This document shows, in pieces, positions 26,614 to 38,453 of a DNA stretch of 64,000 bases. A program made the translations under genes and the position numbers. The stretch spans positions 44,394,001-44,458,000 of the forward strand of contig OZ076413.1 of the NCBI GenBank assembly GCA_964187785.1, given 5' to 3'. This DNA comes from Amphiscolops sp. MND2022 (Eukaryota). A model generated the notes under the pieces. The model searched no databases and was not told the origin of the DNA. It saw only the letters and a list, made by a program, of their open reading frames with translations. Within the stretch, counting starts at the first letter, position 1. The number at the start of each line of letters is the position of its first letter.

Positions 26614-27072
26614 GGCCAGCATTCTTAAAGCAAATGAGTCCTGCTTCAAACCCATCTAGGTTGGCCCGTGACCTAGTGTTCCTATCTCTCACTGTCTCGC
26701 CTGGGTAATCAGTCACCGCTGTGTGGGCCGCCAGAGCTTCTAGAGCAACTTCATTGTAAGTTCTGTCACACCAGTGACAATTTCCTTGAACATGAGGCAT
26801 AACTGGATGGTTAAATTGCCTTCGTAAGTGGTTTCTCTGCTGTTGAGTAGTATTGTCTCCTTGGGCAGGACCCACGTTAGTCGTCTCCATGTTGCTATGA
26901 GTGCTTGGGTGTCCAGGTACAACTGACCCTTGACGTTATAGTAATATGCAACATTAACTGGCCCACCTGGTTGCAATATCTCTGTACTCGGTTTGTATGG
27001 GGGTTGTATCATTTTGAGTGGCTTATTTGATAACTGGAATTGAGTGGCTTGTGCATTGTACTGGTTTATCAT
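26585..27072 (-). CDS. Overlapping small ORFs (110 aa at 26740-27072; 101 aa at 26585-26890) in the cargo region of E, unknown function
   Basis: ATG-initiated ORFs. The 101-aa ORF has a CHWC motif and ends inside the 3' LTR. Confidence 0.4.
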
Positions 27073-27139
27073 AGGTGTTTGCAGTATTCACCCCCGTTAT
27101 ATGGGTGAGCATAATTTGGCTGAGGGATCTCATGTGGAA

Positions 27140-27721
27140 TTACCACGGGTGTAATAGGTATGGGTCTGATTGGCCCATTTCCTTGGATGACAGCTGGAGG
27201 GATATTGCTGTCAGTATCAGACTATCAGACCGTATAGGTATCTGTCTCGCCGATCTTTCGGCTCTCACAGGCAGAACAGCCAACATAAGTCTACCATAGT
27301 TGTTTCTAGGGACATTTGCGAAGTTGGCATTTAGGAGCAAATCTTCACTATTGCTCCCGCTTGATTCGAAGAAAGAAATCGGTGAAATGTTGGGCAATTC
27401 AGTATCCTCTGAAATCATGCTTAGCATTTCTTTTTTGATATCAGTACCTGAGATGATGATCACAGAATCTTCTCTTGATTCAGGATCGCTAACCGCGAAC
27501 AATCTTGCAGCGTCTCCATTTACAAATGCAGTCATGGGATCATTAGGTGGTTTCCCGATTCTGAACCGCAGGTGTATGGGTTCTGAGTTAGGTTGTTCAG
27601 TCAGAAACTCTTCCCTAGAGCCGCTCGAAACATTTAATAATCCGGGAGAGTTTGTAGAAACAGATCGCATGTCTTCGTCAATTGTGAAGAGGTGAGAGTT
27701 TTTTGAATATCTATTGTCCAT
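27140..27721 (-). CDS. 193-aa ORF of unknown function in the cargo region of E
   Basis: ATG-initiated, uninterrupted, acidic/Ser-rich. Confidence 0.5.
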   Translation of the reverse strand: MDNRYSKNSHLFTIDEDMRSVSTNSPGLLNVSSGSREEFLTEQPNSEPIHLRFRIGKPPNDPMTAFVNGDAARLFAVSDPESREDSVIIISGTDIKKEMLSMISEDTELPNISPISFFESSGSNSEDLLLNANFANVPRNNYGRLMLAVLPVRAERSARQIPIRSDSLILTAISLQLSSKEMGQSDPYLLHPW

Positions 27722-28399
27722 TTGAGTTTGAAATTACCAACTGATTCGTTTCGTGAAAATTCGCAGAATAAAAATTTTTCACTTCGCTTCAGTCGATGGG
27801 TACTTGCCCGGGTTTTAAGGGCCTCGTAAACAACTCTCGTCGTCATCTTTCTTCTGGATTACGTTTTTCCCGGCAAATCCATTAAAGACGCCGGGTTATA
27901 CTCTTATTTCTTTATTTAAATAGCTCCATAACAAAATGTAATTCACCTTACGGTTCCCATTTATGGTGATAATTGTTTCAATCTCCACACTTCACAGAGT
28001 TTTAGCGATGGAATTTAAGTGTAAACAATTTCATGAATGGAAGTTCGAATAACAAATTCTGTCGGGAATTAGGTTTGTTTTTGGGGTTTTTCATTTCCTT
28101 TTATGTAGAATATTGCATGAGTTCTAACTAATATCATCAGTAGAAGTAAAAAATAAAAACATATTACATGACACTCTGGTTAAACTCATGACAAGTTTCG
28201 AAGGTAATTGATTCACTTTCCTAAATCATGTACATACTGCTTTATGATGTCTATTTCAGCATAAATATGTCAGATGATTGATCTGTGATGATTAATAAAT
28301 AATGAGAATGAAACATGTAGTCATATGGTCTTGATTTATTTTAGGCCACTCCCAGTTGGTATTATACTGTATAATGCTGTCTGTTTCCGCACATGGCAT

Positions 28400-28520
28400 T
28401 AAACTGCCACTAGGGGGCGGAGCATCATGTATACGTAATTCGTTTCAGCGATGCCGTTCAGGACGCCAATCTTTCTGGCAGATTTGATTGGTCCGTAATA
28501 AGCTCATCCAATCAGCGCAC
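28400..28520. promoter_or_regulatory. Candidate bidirectional promoter between the divergent cargo genes
   Basis: GC-box/CTCF-like GCCACTAGGGGGCGG (28406-28420) and three CCAAT/ATTGG boxes (~28467, 28488, 28508). Confidence 0.4.
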
Positions 28521-28759
28521 AGTATTTGCGCAAATATGTTAATTTGTAAGGCTCAGAATTTGTTCAGCCGGAAGCCACGCCGCATCATTGTTTGGTATAT
28601 TGTTCGAAGTCAATTCCGTTTCATCCTCGCTACACTCTAAACTTCGGCACCATTTCATACTGTTTTGTGTTTCTGATTTCGCTTAGAAACAGTTTTTGTT
28701 TTCCCGACTATTTTAGTCGGCGCTTTTTGAAGAAAAACGCAGACTATAGTAGTGACTTC

Positions 28760-29256
28760 TTTTTATTTATTAAGACCAACGAACTGACAGATTTTATAAA
28801 TTTTATAAGTTGGGACTAACACTAAACCGGCACTAACACTAATCCGTGTCACACTACTTCACTGCCACTTGGCCACTACGGCTTTTTCGAGGTCTGACAA
28901 GCAGAAGGACATGGGTTCGAGTCCCGCCCTTGACCAAATATTTTTTGTGCAATTTTTTTCGGTTTTGTGAGACTTTTTTTTCGCAAATATCTCCAAAGGG
29001 CCCACCCGTCATTTTTTGTCTATTTTGCAAAAAAATGGCTGTTAAAAAACTCCCAAAGGGCCCCATTTTACATGTTTCGGCACTATGCGACTTACGGGTA
29101 ACCAAAAACTTTTTGAAAAATTTCAAAAAAAATCGGAACTTTTTTTCAATTTTTCCTCAAACGGGTACTGTAGAAGAGAAAACTTGACACTTTGAAGTCC
29201 TTTTGTTATTTTCGAGCCTTAGATATGGCGCCGACTTGGGCCGTTCCCGGCTTGTT
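28760..29256 (+). mobile_element. Helentron/DINE-1-like non-autonomous repeat inserted in E (left end approximate)
   Basis: Same tandem units as 11076-11990. Terminal GAGCCTTAGATATGGCGCCGACTTGGGCCGTTCCCGGCTTGTT. Contains a B-box-like GGTTCGAGTCC. Confidence 0.6.
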
Positions 29257-29353
29257 AATTCTAGCATTAGTTTTTTTCGATCACTAGTTTCAACAATTCT
29301 TTTCGATTTGTCGAATCCCAATTACTTCAGTCTGTTTTTATTATTCCCCTGGG

Positions 29354-32300
29354 ATGGTAAGAGTCAGTTCTGTTTCTTCCGCTCCAAGCGGTCTTCGTCG
29401 GCAAGCCGAGCACGGACTACATCGATGAGACTACGATCAGCTTCCGTGGGCCTCCAACTTGAAACTTCACCCCGAGATTGTGGTAAGCTTAAGTTTGAAT
29501 AGTTTCTCTGGCATTGCCAGGCGGTATTTTGTTTTTCTGAGACGTCTCGAATTCCAATGCAAGTTGGCCAGACTCACATATTTGTCGACTTTCTTCTCAA
29601 ATTTTGAGCGGAAATATCAATTTCCTGTTTGCTTTCTACAGCACAGATTTCAACTTTTGTTTCAGATTCTACTCCAGCAAATCAACAGAGCGTTGTTCCA
29701 AATTTATCCATTCCTAAGAAGATCAATCCGGTTCAAAGGACGTTATTAAAATGTGAGTACAACCCAAAATTTTCTCTTGATGAAAAGAAATTGCCAGCCG
29801 AAATCACCCCACAAGTGTTCCTCGGCGACAATTTCAACCAATTAGTGGACACGGCAGATCTTCCTGAAGGAGTCACCGTTTCTACTGCCGAAGCAAAGAA
29901 GTTTATAACGCTACCAACTGTCGTAACCACTGCTGTGAACAGCCCGATTGAAGGTGTTCTTCCTGGTACTTCCACCTCTCTCCCGGTAAAAAATAGTCTT
30001 CCTGGTAAAGTTGAGAAAAAAAGTTGAGAAAAAAAAGCTTCCATCAGAGGCAGTGGAGGAAGCTACAGAGAGAGTCAAACGGAAGTATTTTCACTCCCCG
30101 CTGATTAGTTCTCAAGTCCAAATGATGCCTAGTCCAACATCTACTGAACGAACTACTGGCGAAACACCATCTCCCAACAAGTCGACTGCTGATGATCAGG
30201 CTGATTTTCAACCCAGTGAGTCTGATACTGGTACCACTTCGGATTATGATCTTTCTTCAGGAGATGACGTGCCGTTATCACGAGAAAAGCCCATCAAACG
30301 GCAACTAAAAAGGGACATAGAATCCCCACCACGAAAACGAGAAAGCCACGTTACGTCTTAGCAGGGTGTATGTACCACAAGCACCCCATCTTAAAGTTTT
30401 CCGTCACTGCAGATACCCATATAAATACCGTTGCCGGGTCTTTTTAGTGAAACTTTCACTGATGACAAAGGGACCCATCGAGATTCTGCATCATCATAGG
30501 ACAGATGCGCACCTCGTTGAGGAGCACCGCATCTGGATGGAAACACCAGGACTTCCCATTATGACAAGAATTGTGACGAGATCAATGGATTGGCAATCAA
30601 ATATGCCAATGAGCGGGCTATGAGGGAATAACCCGTCGCTCCTAAGTTACGGGACTATTATCTTCGCGTTGGACAACTCGATTCGACGGACGAAACCCCA
30701 ACAGATGTTCCTGACAAAGAGGTCCTCTCACAGATGAATCTACTACGTTTTGGATTGGTTCATGGCGGGCACCTCGACACATAGACCGCCCCGTGGGACG
30801 ACCTCGTAAGAGAGATTAAGACTATCGAACCACTTACTCAACACGATTGGCGACATTTTCGAAGTTTGGTAAGTTAAACATTTTCCTTTTCTATCTTCTT
30901 TGCAACGTATCTTCATGGTATTCAACTCTACTTTGTTCCAGGCTCTTTTGACGCACATTAGTTATTCCTTACGAGTGTCTGTCTTACCATTCGAAACTCG
31001 GTTATTCGTTAACTTTTGGGCTGGAAATTCGTTGCACAGTATGTGCATAGCTGTTTTCCCAGGAGAGGTTTTTTCACCTGAAGCCCTCATTTCTCCTCTC
31101 AGCAGTCTCTTCACTTATTGTTCACTTATTATTTTTGAGTGGGTTTACGCAACACTTTGCCTGGACTATTTCGCGCGTTTTACCACAACGCAAAAAGATT
31201 TGTTTGACGCCAAAACTCGACCCCGAAGATTTGGAACGAATTCTCCTCAACCCGTCCGTTCAAGTTCTCGATCGCTTTGACTTTCGTTCTAAGTTAGATT
31301 CCCTGCTTATGCGACTAAGGTCAGCTTGTGGGAGTATTTGGCTGTCTGCTCTACCAGAGTTCCAGAAGGTAATAACTCATATTTTATTTTGCATTTCATG
31401 GTCACATTGGTTTTCAAGTTCCTCGTTTTTGGATTGCATTCCAATGTTTTGAGTTCAGGTTTTTGCGAGTTTCTAGACTGTAGTATCATGGATCAAATCT
31501 TCTGTTTGGTTCTTCATGTTTTGTTCGGGATCATTTTGTCGTTTTTTTCGTATTTTTACGGTCTCGTCTGTTGTAATCTTCATTTTTGTTTTTGCTTTAA
31601 AGCTAAAGTGCACATGATACTGCAGAAAGTTCTCAGCCTAATGCGGCATAAGTGTTTTCTTCAGTTCATTCTTTTTCTTCAAGATAGGTCCTGACTCATT
31701 GTTATGTAACATAACAAGTCATTGAATGAATCATAATGGAGTAGTATCACGTTTCGTTAGTGAGTGCACGTGCAAAAATCATTTGCTAAAATGTTTATTA
31801 CGTCATTTTCAGACACGTGTTAGCTTGACCTTTTGTGAGAGATATTCTTGGTTTGTCAATGGTTGTGTTGTTTTAGCTCATCACGAATTTTGACTATAAT
31901 CTTTTTCAAGATGTTGAACTTCTTGATCATTTAGTCAGCAATTGGGATAAAGTCGTCTTACATTTGAAGAACAGCTTGGTGGATCCCCGTCTACCAACAC
32001 GACATGCAAGAGGTTCGTATTCTTTTCGGCTTCTTGTTTTCATTATTTTATCTGTTTATAAGTACTCAGATATCTTCAATTTGTGTTCTTATCACTTCAA
32101 TGCGATTGCAAGGTCTTGGTATTCCTCAAATCGTATTTTCTTGTATAATCTGGTTGTGAACTTTTGCTTTCTTTTTCAGCCAGTTGCGATGGATGACATA
32201 TTGATCAAGGACCGAGTCTTTGTAGCGCGACTCTTCATAACTCGAAATGTTCTAAGCCAGTGTTAGCATTTTGTTATATTTTCCTGACGGACTCATTTGT

Positions 32301-33459
32301 GTTCTTTTTTTCATTATCCTTTTCTTGTTTCAGACAATTCCATAATCCGAGAAGTTCATACTGCGGTAGCAGAACCAAATCTGTGTATTTATCTATACTC
32401 AGTTACTCGCGATTTTACCTGCCTCCTTCTTGGGCGATATTTCTGAGTGGGACAAGTATCTCCACTTGGACCTTGACCATGAGACATTGTCCTACAAAAC
32501 GGTGGATGAATATATGCAAGAACCTGATTTTTCCGATCTCGTTACTCGGAGCAAGATCTCTACACCACGACGTTTTGTTGCCCAAGCAATTGCCTTTTAT
32601 CGGCATTTCGTCAAACTTCTTCTCTCAAGTGACCTAGCTTCGTCCACGTTTGCACTAGGATTATCGTGTTTCAACAAGACCGTAATGAGAGCCGGTAGTG
32701 AGGTACATTATACTGAATCTATTCACCTCCTTACCAGTTATTTCGTTCAACAGAAATGGATTTCGCCTCATGCCAAGCCTGTGATTGTGAACGAGTATTG
32801 TTCTCTTATTGTTAAATTCACAGCTGAAAAGGTAGCTATGTCTACAGAATGGGTTAGTTCTATTTCGTGCCACTACGAACTCCAAAGTCGCCTTGAACTT
32901 TTTCGACTTTTCAAGATCTGCTGTGAGACTCTACGAAGTCCTTGTAATCCTTCTCCCTCGTTTATCGTCACTATTCCTGGGTTAAAATCGGATATGCAAT
33001 AGTTTTCCTCTTGTGTTCGAAGCTCGCAATGCAGTATCTCTTACATTCAAAAGGTCGAGAGCTTATTCCTCTCTTCAAATGCACTACCTCAAGCTTACGA
33101 GTTGGTTAGTCAGGGTCCTGGATTACTTGTGGCATTTGCTGTCATCAGCATATTTTCACCGAATTGGTATAAAGAAAGCTCTGGAGGGGTAATATGAGAG
33201 GAATGCTCCTGCTGGAGATTGACTGTGGCTAGTCTCTGAAGATAAAAATGCCCCTAGTTCGAACCGAAGTTCAAGTGCTGCAGGAACACCTACAGTGCGC
33301 TCTCCCGAGAAATTTACCCTAACAACTGTGCCCAGTCCTGTTGTTCGGAAATTGATTAATATCCCATTGCCAATTGCAAGCGCTGCTGATTCTGTTGGAT
33401 CGAAGAAGAAAAAGGAGAAGAAGATTAGCCCGGTCAAATCGCTCCCTAAAGACAATTAG
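29354..33459 (+). pseudogene. Antisense, intron-containing cargo gene of E; C-terminal half resembles a diverged hAT-type transposase; disabled in this copy
   Basis: Phase-consistent GT-AG introns at 29483-29665, 30869-30941 and 32262-32333, plus further likely introns between 31369 and 32179. Helical hAT-like patterns in 31911-33002. ATTAAA at 33479. Several stops and frameshifts. Confidence 0.65.
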
Positions 33460-33639
33460 TTTGTTCCTTGTCAATTCTATTAAACTATACTGAAGATTTG
33501 TATATTTTCTTTGGGCAATTTGTTTTTTCCTGGTAGATTTTGTTGTATTTATTTGTATTTATGGAGCGCAGTAAAAAGCAGCGAGTTGAGTTTTAGTTGT
33601 GCTTTTGTTTTCAGTATCTGTATGAGTCTCAAAAGTTAT

Positions 33640-36600
33640 GATTTGGGTTAGGTCGTAAATTGTATTTTTCACCACGTGTATCGGTAGGGGTTTTTTTTGA
33701 ACCTCATCATTTCCTTGGTTTTCATCTGTATTTTCTGGGGATTTTTTGCATCAATGGAAGGGTTAGGTTGTAAGTCTTGTTGATTATCAATCGCATCAAT
33801 TTCATTTCTGCATTTTCGGTTCGGGTTTCTTTATTAGGAACGGTAGTTTGCCCACTGTTTTTTGAATTTTCGACGGAGGGTGGGTGGTTTATCGGGACAT
33901 ATTCTTGTATGTCATCTTGTTCGTCATCAGGGAGTTCAGTGTCGAATGGATTTGTACCAAAAGTTGTGTCCCATGTGTGGGCATACAAATCATCGTGTGT
34001 TACTCTTATGTTGTCATCCTTTTGCCAGTCTGTTTCTCTGACAAAATTATCTGCTAGTGGTGCACTTGGTGTAAATTTTCTCAAACGTATTCGGTGTAAT
34101 AATTGATTTTGTTTGTTCCTAGCCTACGTACAATGTAATTATTGTTAGGCAGGACTTTTTCGACTTTGTAGAGACCTATCCAACGGAAGTCTCGGAACGG
34201 ATTTTTTTTGCTTGTGTGTCTGCCTTCGGGTTCAGTATGTAGCAATTGTCTGTTGTAGTAAGTGGTACTGCTTTTGCCTTGCGGTCATAGTATGCTTTAT
34301 ACTTTAAGTATGACTGCTTGATTTTCTTTTTGGTATGGTCTTTGAGTATCTCCATTCTGCGTTGTATTTCTTTTGCAATGTCAGTCTGTGGAGTATACTG
34401 TGGGTTAGGAATATAGCCTAGCTTGTAGTCTAGTGTGTTATGTGGTATCGTGCCGTGGAAAACACGGGTGGGTTCACATCCTAAGCTGGCATGATACGTA
34501 GTGTTGTGGTTAAGGAAAGCCAGTGGTAGAAATTTGTGCAAATTATTGCGAAATTCACCAGTAGCTGCTTTTAAATGTTTCTTTACTGTAGCATGAGTGC
34601 TCTCTAGCATGCCGATTGTTTGTGCATGTTTTGTCAGTGCATGTTTTACTTCAACTCCAAGCACAGCCGCTACTTCTCGGGTAATTTGTGAGTTGAATTG
34701 AATGCCCGTGTCAGTTAATATGGTCGTTGGTAAATATGTGTGTTTACACAAAATGTCCATAATGACTCTTGCGACTGTGGGGGCTGTGATTCGGGTTGTT
34801 GGATAAGCATATAAATATCTTGAAAAGACATCGATTGCTGTTATGATGTTATCAAAACCTCCACTTGGTGGGAGATAAGGCAAGATGTCCATTTGAAGTA
34901 CGTCTTCTGGACCAAGGTCCCATTCTGGGCAATAAGGAAGTTCTGTTCTCAGTAAATCGTTATTGATTCTCTTGTTCTGAATGCACATTTGGCAATTTTG
35001 TACTCAATTTTTAATATGTTTTGCTAAGCATGGGTAATAGTATTTCTGTCGCGCTTCTTGAATCATTTTGGTTATTCCTGGGTGACTTGCATTGTGTCCT
35101 TGCAATGCCTGTAAGAACTCTTCAAGAAGCTGCTTCGGTAGGAGTATTTGATAGTGTGAAAGTTGTCCAATATCATTGTAGTATTTTCGTGCAAGAATGT
35201 CTTGGCGGGTTTCGAAGCGGGGTATATTTTGTAGGTAATGATGGTAGCGATTGTTTTGTGTGAATACTGATTCATCAAAAGGTTCGCCCTCTATTTTTAC
35301 TCTGAGATTGCAAAGGACAGGGTCAATGTTTTGTTCGAGTTGGAGTTTTGCGTTGTCTCGAATATGTCCTTATCTTAATATAGATACTCTATTGTTCCGG
35401 CAGTTGGTTTGTGAAAATTTTGTAATTCGATTATTTCGTTTTCCGGTTCGTTGTGTGTTTCTAATTGTGCCTGACTTCTGATATCATCTTTTTGTTCCCA
35501 AAGTGTTTTCTCATCAATTTCATCGTCTGGTTGTAGGTAAATTTGTTCTTCCTCGGTTATGCCAGAGGATTGGATATTAACCTCGATTGCTTTTGTTTGT
35601 ATGTCGTTGCGTAAATTCTTTTCCAGTTTTTCTGTCGGGTTAATTTCCGTTCGCGACAAGAAGTCTGCAGCCGTGTTCATCGCTCCTGCTACTTGTGCTA
35701 TGACGAAATTATACTGCAGGACGTGGTATAGTGCTGGGGGATTGATTTTTGTTAGAAAAACCTCGTGACTGCTCGGTTGTCAGTGAATACAATTACGAGG
35801 AAAGTACTTCCCCACATTAAATGTCCAAGTTCTGAGAATGCAAAGAAGATGGCTAAAAACTTTTTCGCATTTATTGACTTTTTCAATTGGGTTGGGATGA
35901 AGTTTTTAAGCCAAATGCTATTGGGGCATATGTTTTGCGTTTTGATTGTAGTTTTTGTTGAGGGTCGTCTTCAATCATAATCGCATATAGTGCAGCTGTG
36001 AATAGTTGTTTGTCTTTGAGTGGTTGTTTGAGTGCCATTTGGCATAATTGAAGGAGGAGGTTGTTCAACTGTTCAAAATTGCTAGTAAGTTCAGTATAAA
36101 TGTAGAATTTGTTGGTTTCCTTCAGTAGTTTGAAGAAAGCGGAAAGTCGTTCCGAAAAGCGTGGTATTTAATTTCTGTAATAATTCAGAAAACCAATATA
36201 CCTTTGGAGGCCTTTTTTGGTCTTGGGAAATTTAAGTTTTGCTAGGAAATCTTTGACTTTGTCTACTCTTGGTCAGACTCCTTCAGGTATGATCGTTCTT
36301 CCTAGGAAGTTTACTTGTTTCACTCCAAAGTGTTATTTTGACATTGACAATTTCAGACCTGCGTTACGTATACATTCAAAGACTGCTCGGATGTTCATAC
36401 ACAGCTGTGTCACTGTGTTTGCTTCAATTCCGATGTCATCGACGTATTGGGCGCACTGGTCTGCTTTGATGAGGGTGTCTAAGTATTCTCGTATGAAACT
36501 GGAGAATGCTGATAGTGATCGGCTAAGGCCTTGTTCTAATCGCCGATAGGCAAAGGTTCGGCTAGCAAAGTTAAAGGCCAACATTTGGATTGATTGGTAA

Positions 36601-38225
36601 TCTGCCATCTGAAGGCAGTGGTAAGTTTGTGAACAATCAAGTTTACAGAACAATTTCTTTCCTGCCATATGTTGGGCTGCATTGGAAAGTGTACTGATTG
36701 GGTGGTTGTTGTTTACGTAGTCTTCGGGGATGCGATCATTTATTTTGCTCAAGTCGACTAAGAGTCGAAGTCGACCATCAGGTTTTCGTTGCGCAAAAAT
36801 GGCACTTGCATATTTAAGGAAAGGTAGAGTTGTTATTATACCATACTTGTGAAGTAGGGCAAATTCTACCGTGATGTCGTCTTTTAGGTTGATCGGGGTT
36901 GGAAGACTTTGGCTATAAGCTGGTCGGTCAGGTGTGAGTTTGACTCCATTTGTTCCAATGTCAAACCTGTGTCGGGCAAAGATATCGTGGAGTTCGACCA
37001 GCAGTTCTTCCACTTTCTGTCGTTCGAAAAGTGTGAGAGTGTTGTGACGCTTCAATCAAAATTGTCAAGGAATGTTTTGCGTGATTGTTCGTCGTCATGT
37101 GTGTTAAGTTTTTCGAGTGTTTGAAGTTCCACTAATTCGTCGAATATTCGTTTTTGAATGGGTGTGTATGTTGTGGGGTCTCCAGGTTGTTCCTGTGTTG
37201 GAAACCAAAACTGTTCTGTTTTGTCTTCTCCGTTGTTTACTTTCAGAAGTTCGTTGAGGTATACATCCGTAACTTCAGTATGTTGATGCATGATAAATGT
37301 TAGCATTGAAGGATTGATTGGTTTGATATATTTTAACTGTTCTGGGGTTAGAACCCGAAAATCGGCTAGATGTGTGTCGGTTGTGATTGTACAGGGTAGT
37401 TCTGAGAAATTACAGATCTGGTATCCTACTGCGTTATTGTTGACTGTGCAGAGAGAAGATACTAGGAAAAGTGTGCCATGATCTTCAAGATGCGCAGATG
37501 GCGTTACTATGCCTGTTGCGTCATGATCAAATAAGTGTGGCTTTCTGCTTGCAATAAGCATGGTTTCATCCGGTTGCAGTGTGTATGTTGCTTCTGCAAG
37601 TAGTGGTGTTGATTGTCGTGTTGGAAGATTGTGTTCTGGTTCCAGTTGCATTTATAGATGTGGAAAAATTATTATTCCTTGTCGATTGTCGAAAATGGCA
37701 TTGTTCCTTTTTAAGAAACAATGTCCAATTAGAGTATTGGGTAAGACTTTCATGATGATGAAATTTTTTTGAACATAGAATCTGCCACTTCAAATGTTAG
37801 GCAGGCTGTTCTTATTGGTGTTTCCAATTGTCCGTTTGCTACTATTAGTTGAAAATTGGGTGCGGGACCTGTGTCTGTTATTGATTCTGGTGCAAAGAGT
37901 TTGATTTTATTTAGATCTTGTTCTGATATTGCGCTTGTGAGAGCTCCAGTATCGATTACACCGTCACGTGTAAGCTTTTCAAAATCCATTGGCAATTAAT
38001 ACATATGACGTTTACGTTTCAGCGTAAGGTTCGTTGATAGCAGCCGAATAGGGATGTCCGTTTCTTTGTTGATTTTAAGATAATTTTGGATTTCATCAAC
38101 TATTAGGGGTAATTGTTGTTTTGATGCAGGTTCGGTTGGTATTTTAGATGGGTCTTGTGTTTGGAGAGGTTCCAAATTATTTTTCTGGTAAATTTTGAGG
38201 TGAAGTTTCCTGTTCGGATTCATAC
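33640..38225 (-). pseudogene. pol: pol of E: protease, spacer, RT, RNase H, integrase with GPY/F tail
   Basis: VIDTGALTS (37750-37995), QYVDDI (36333-37055), AADFLSR (~35670), integrase core MDIL...IDVFSRY...TDTG (34176-34988). Confidence 0.94.
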
Positions 38226-38453
38226 AGATTGTTAGCGATTTTTTCGTTGTTTTCGTTTTTTTGTCAAGAGTTGTGATTGTATATCTGTCAGGGGCGTCTC
38301 TCTATATTCCATACAAATCGTCCTCTGATTTGTTGCGTTTCTTGAGTCTGAGAGTCAGTGTGTTGTGTGAAAGTGTTTGTTTTTATTGAATGAGGAGTTG
38401 GATGCTGCCAGTCATCTTTCTCCTCTGATTTTGTGGGGCATGGCTTTATTAGT

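Noticed and set aside
37052..37651. dUTPase between protease and RT in E (and the similar spacer in A)
   Set aside because: The position fits, but none of the five dUTPase motifs is recognisable.
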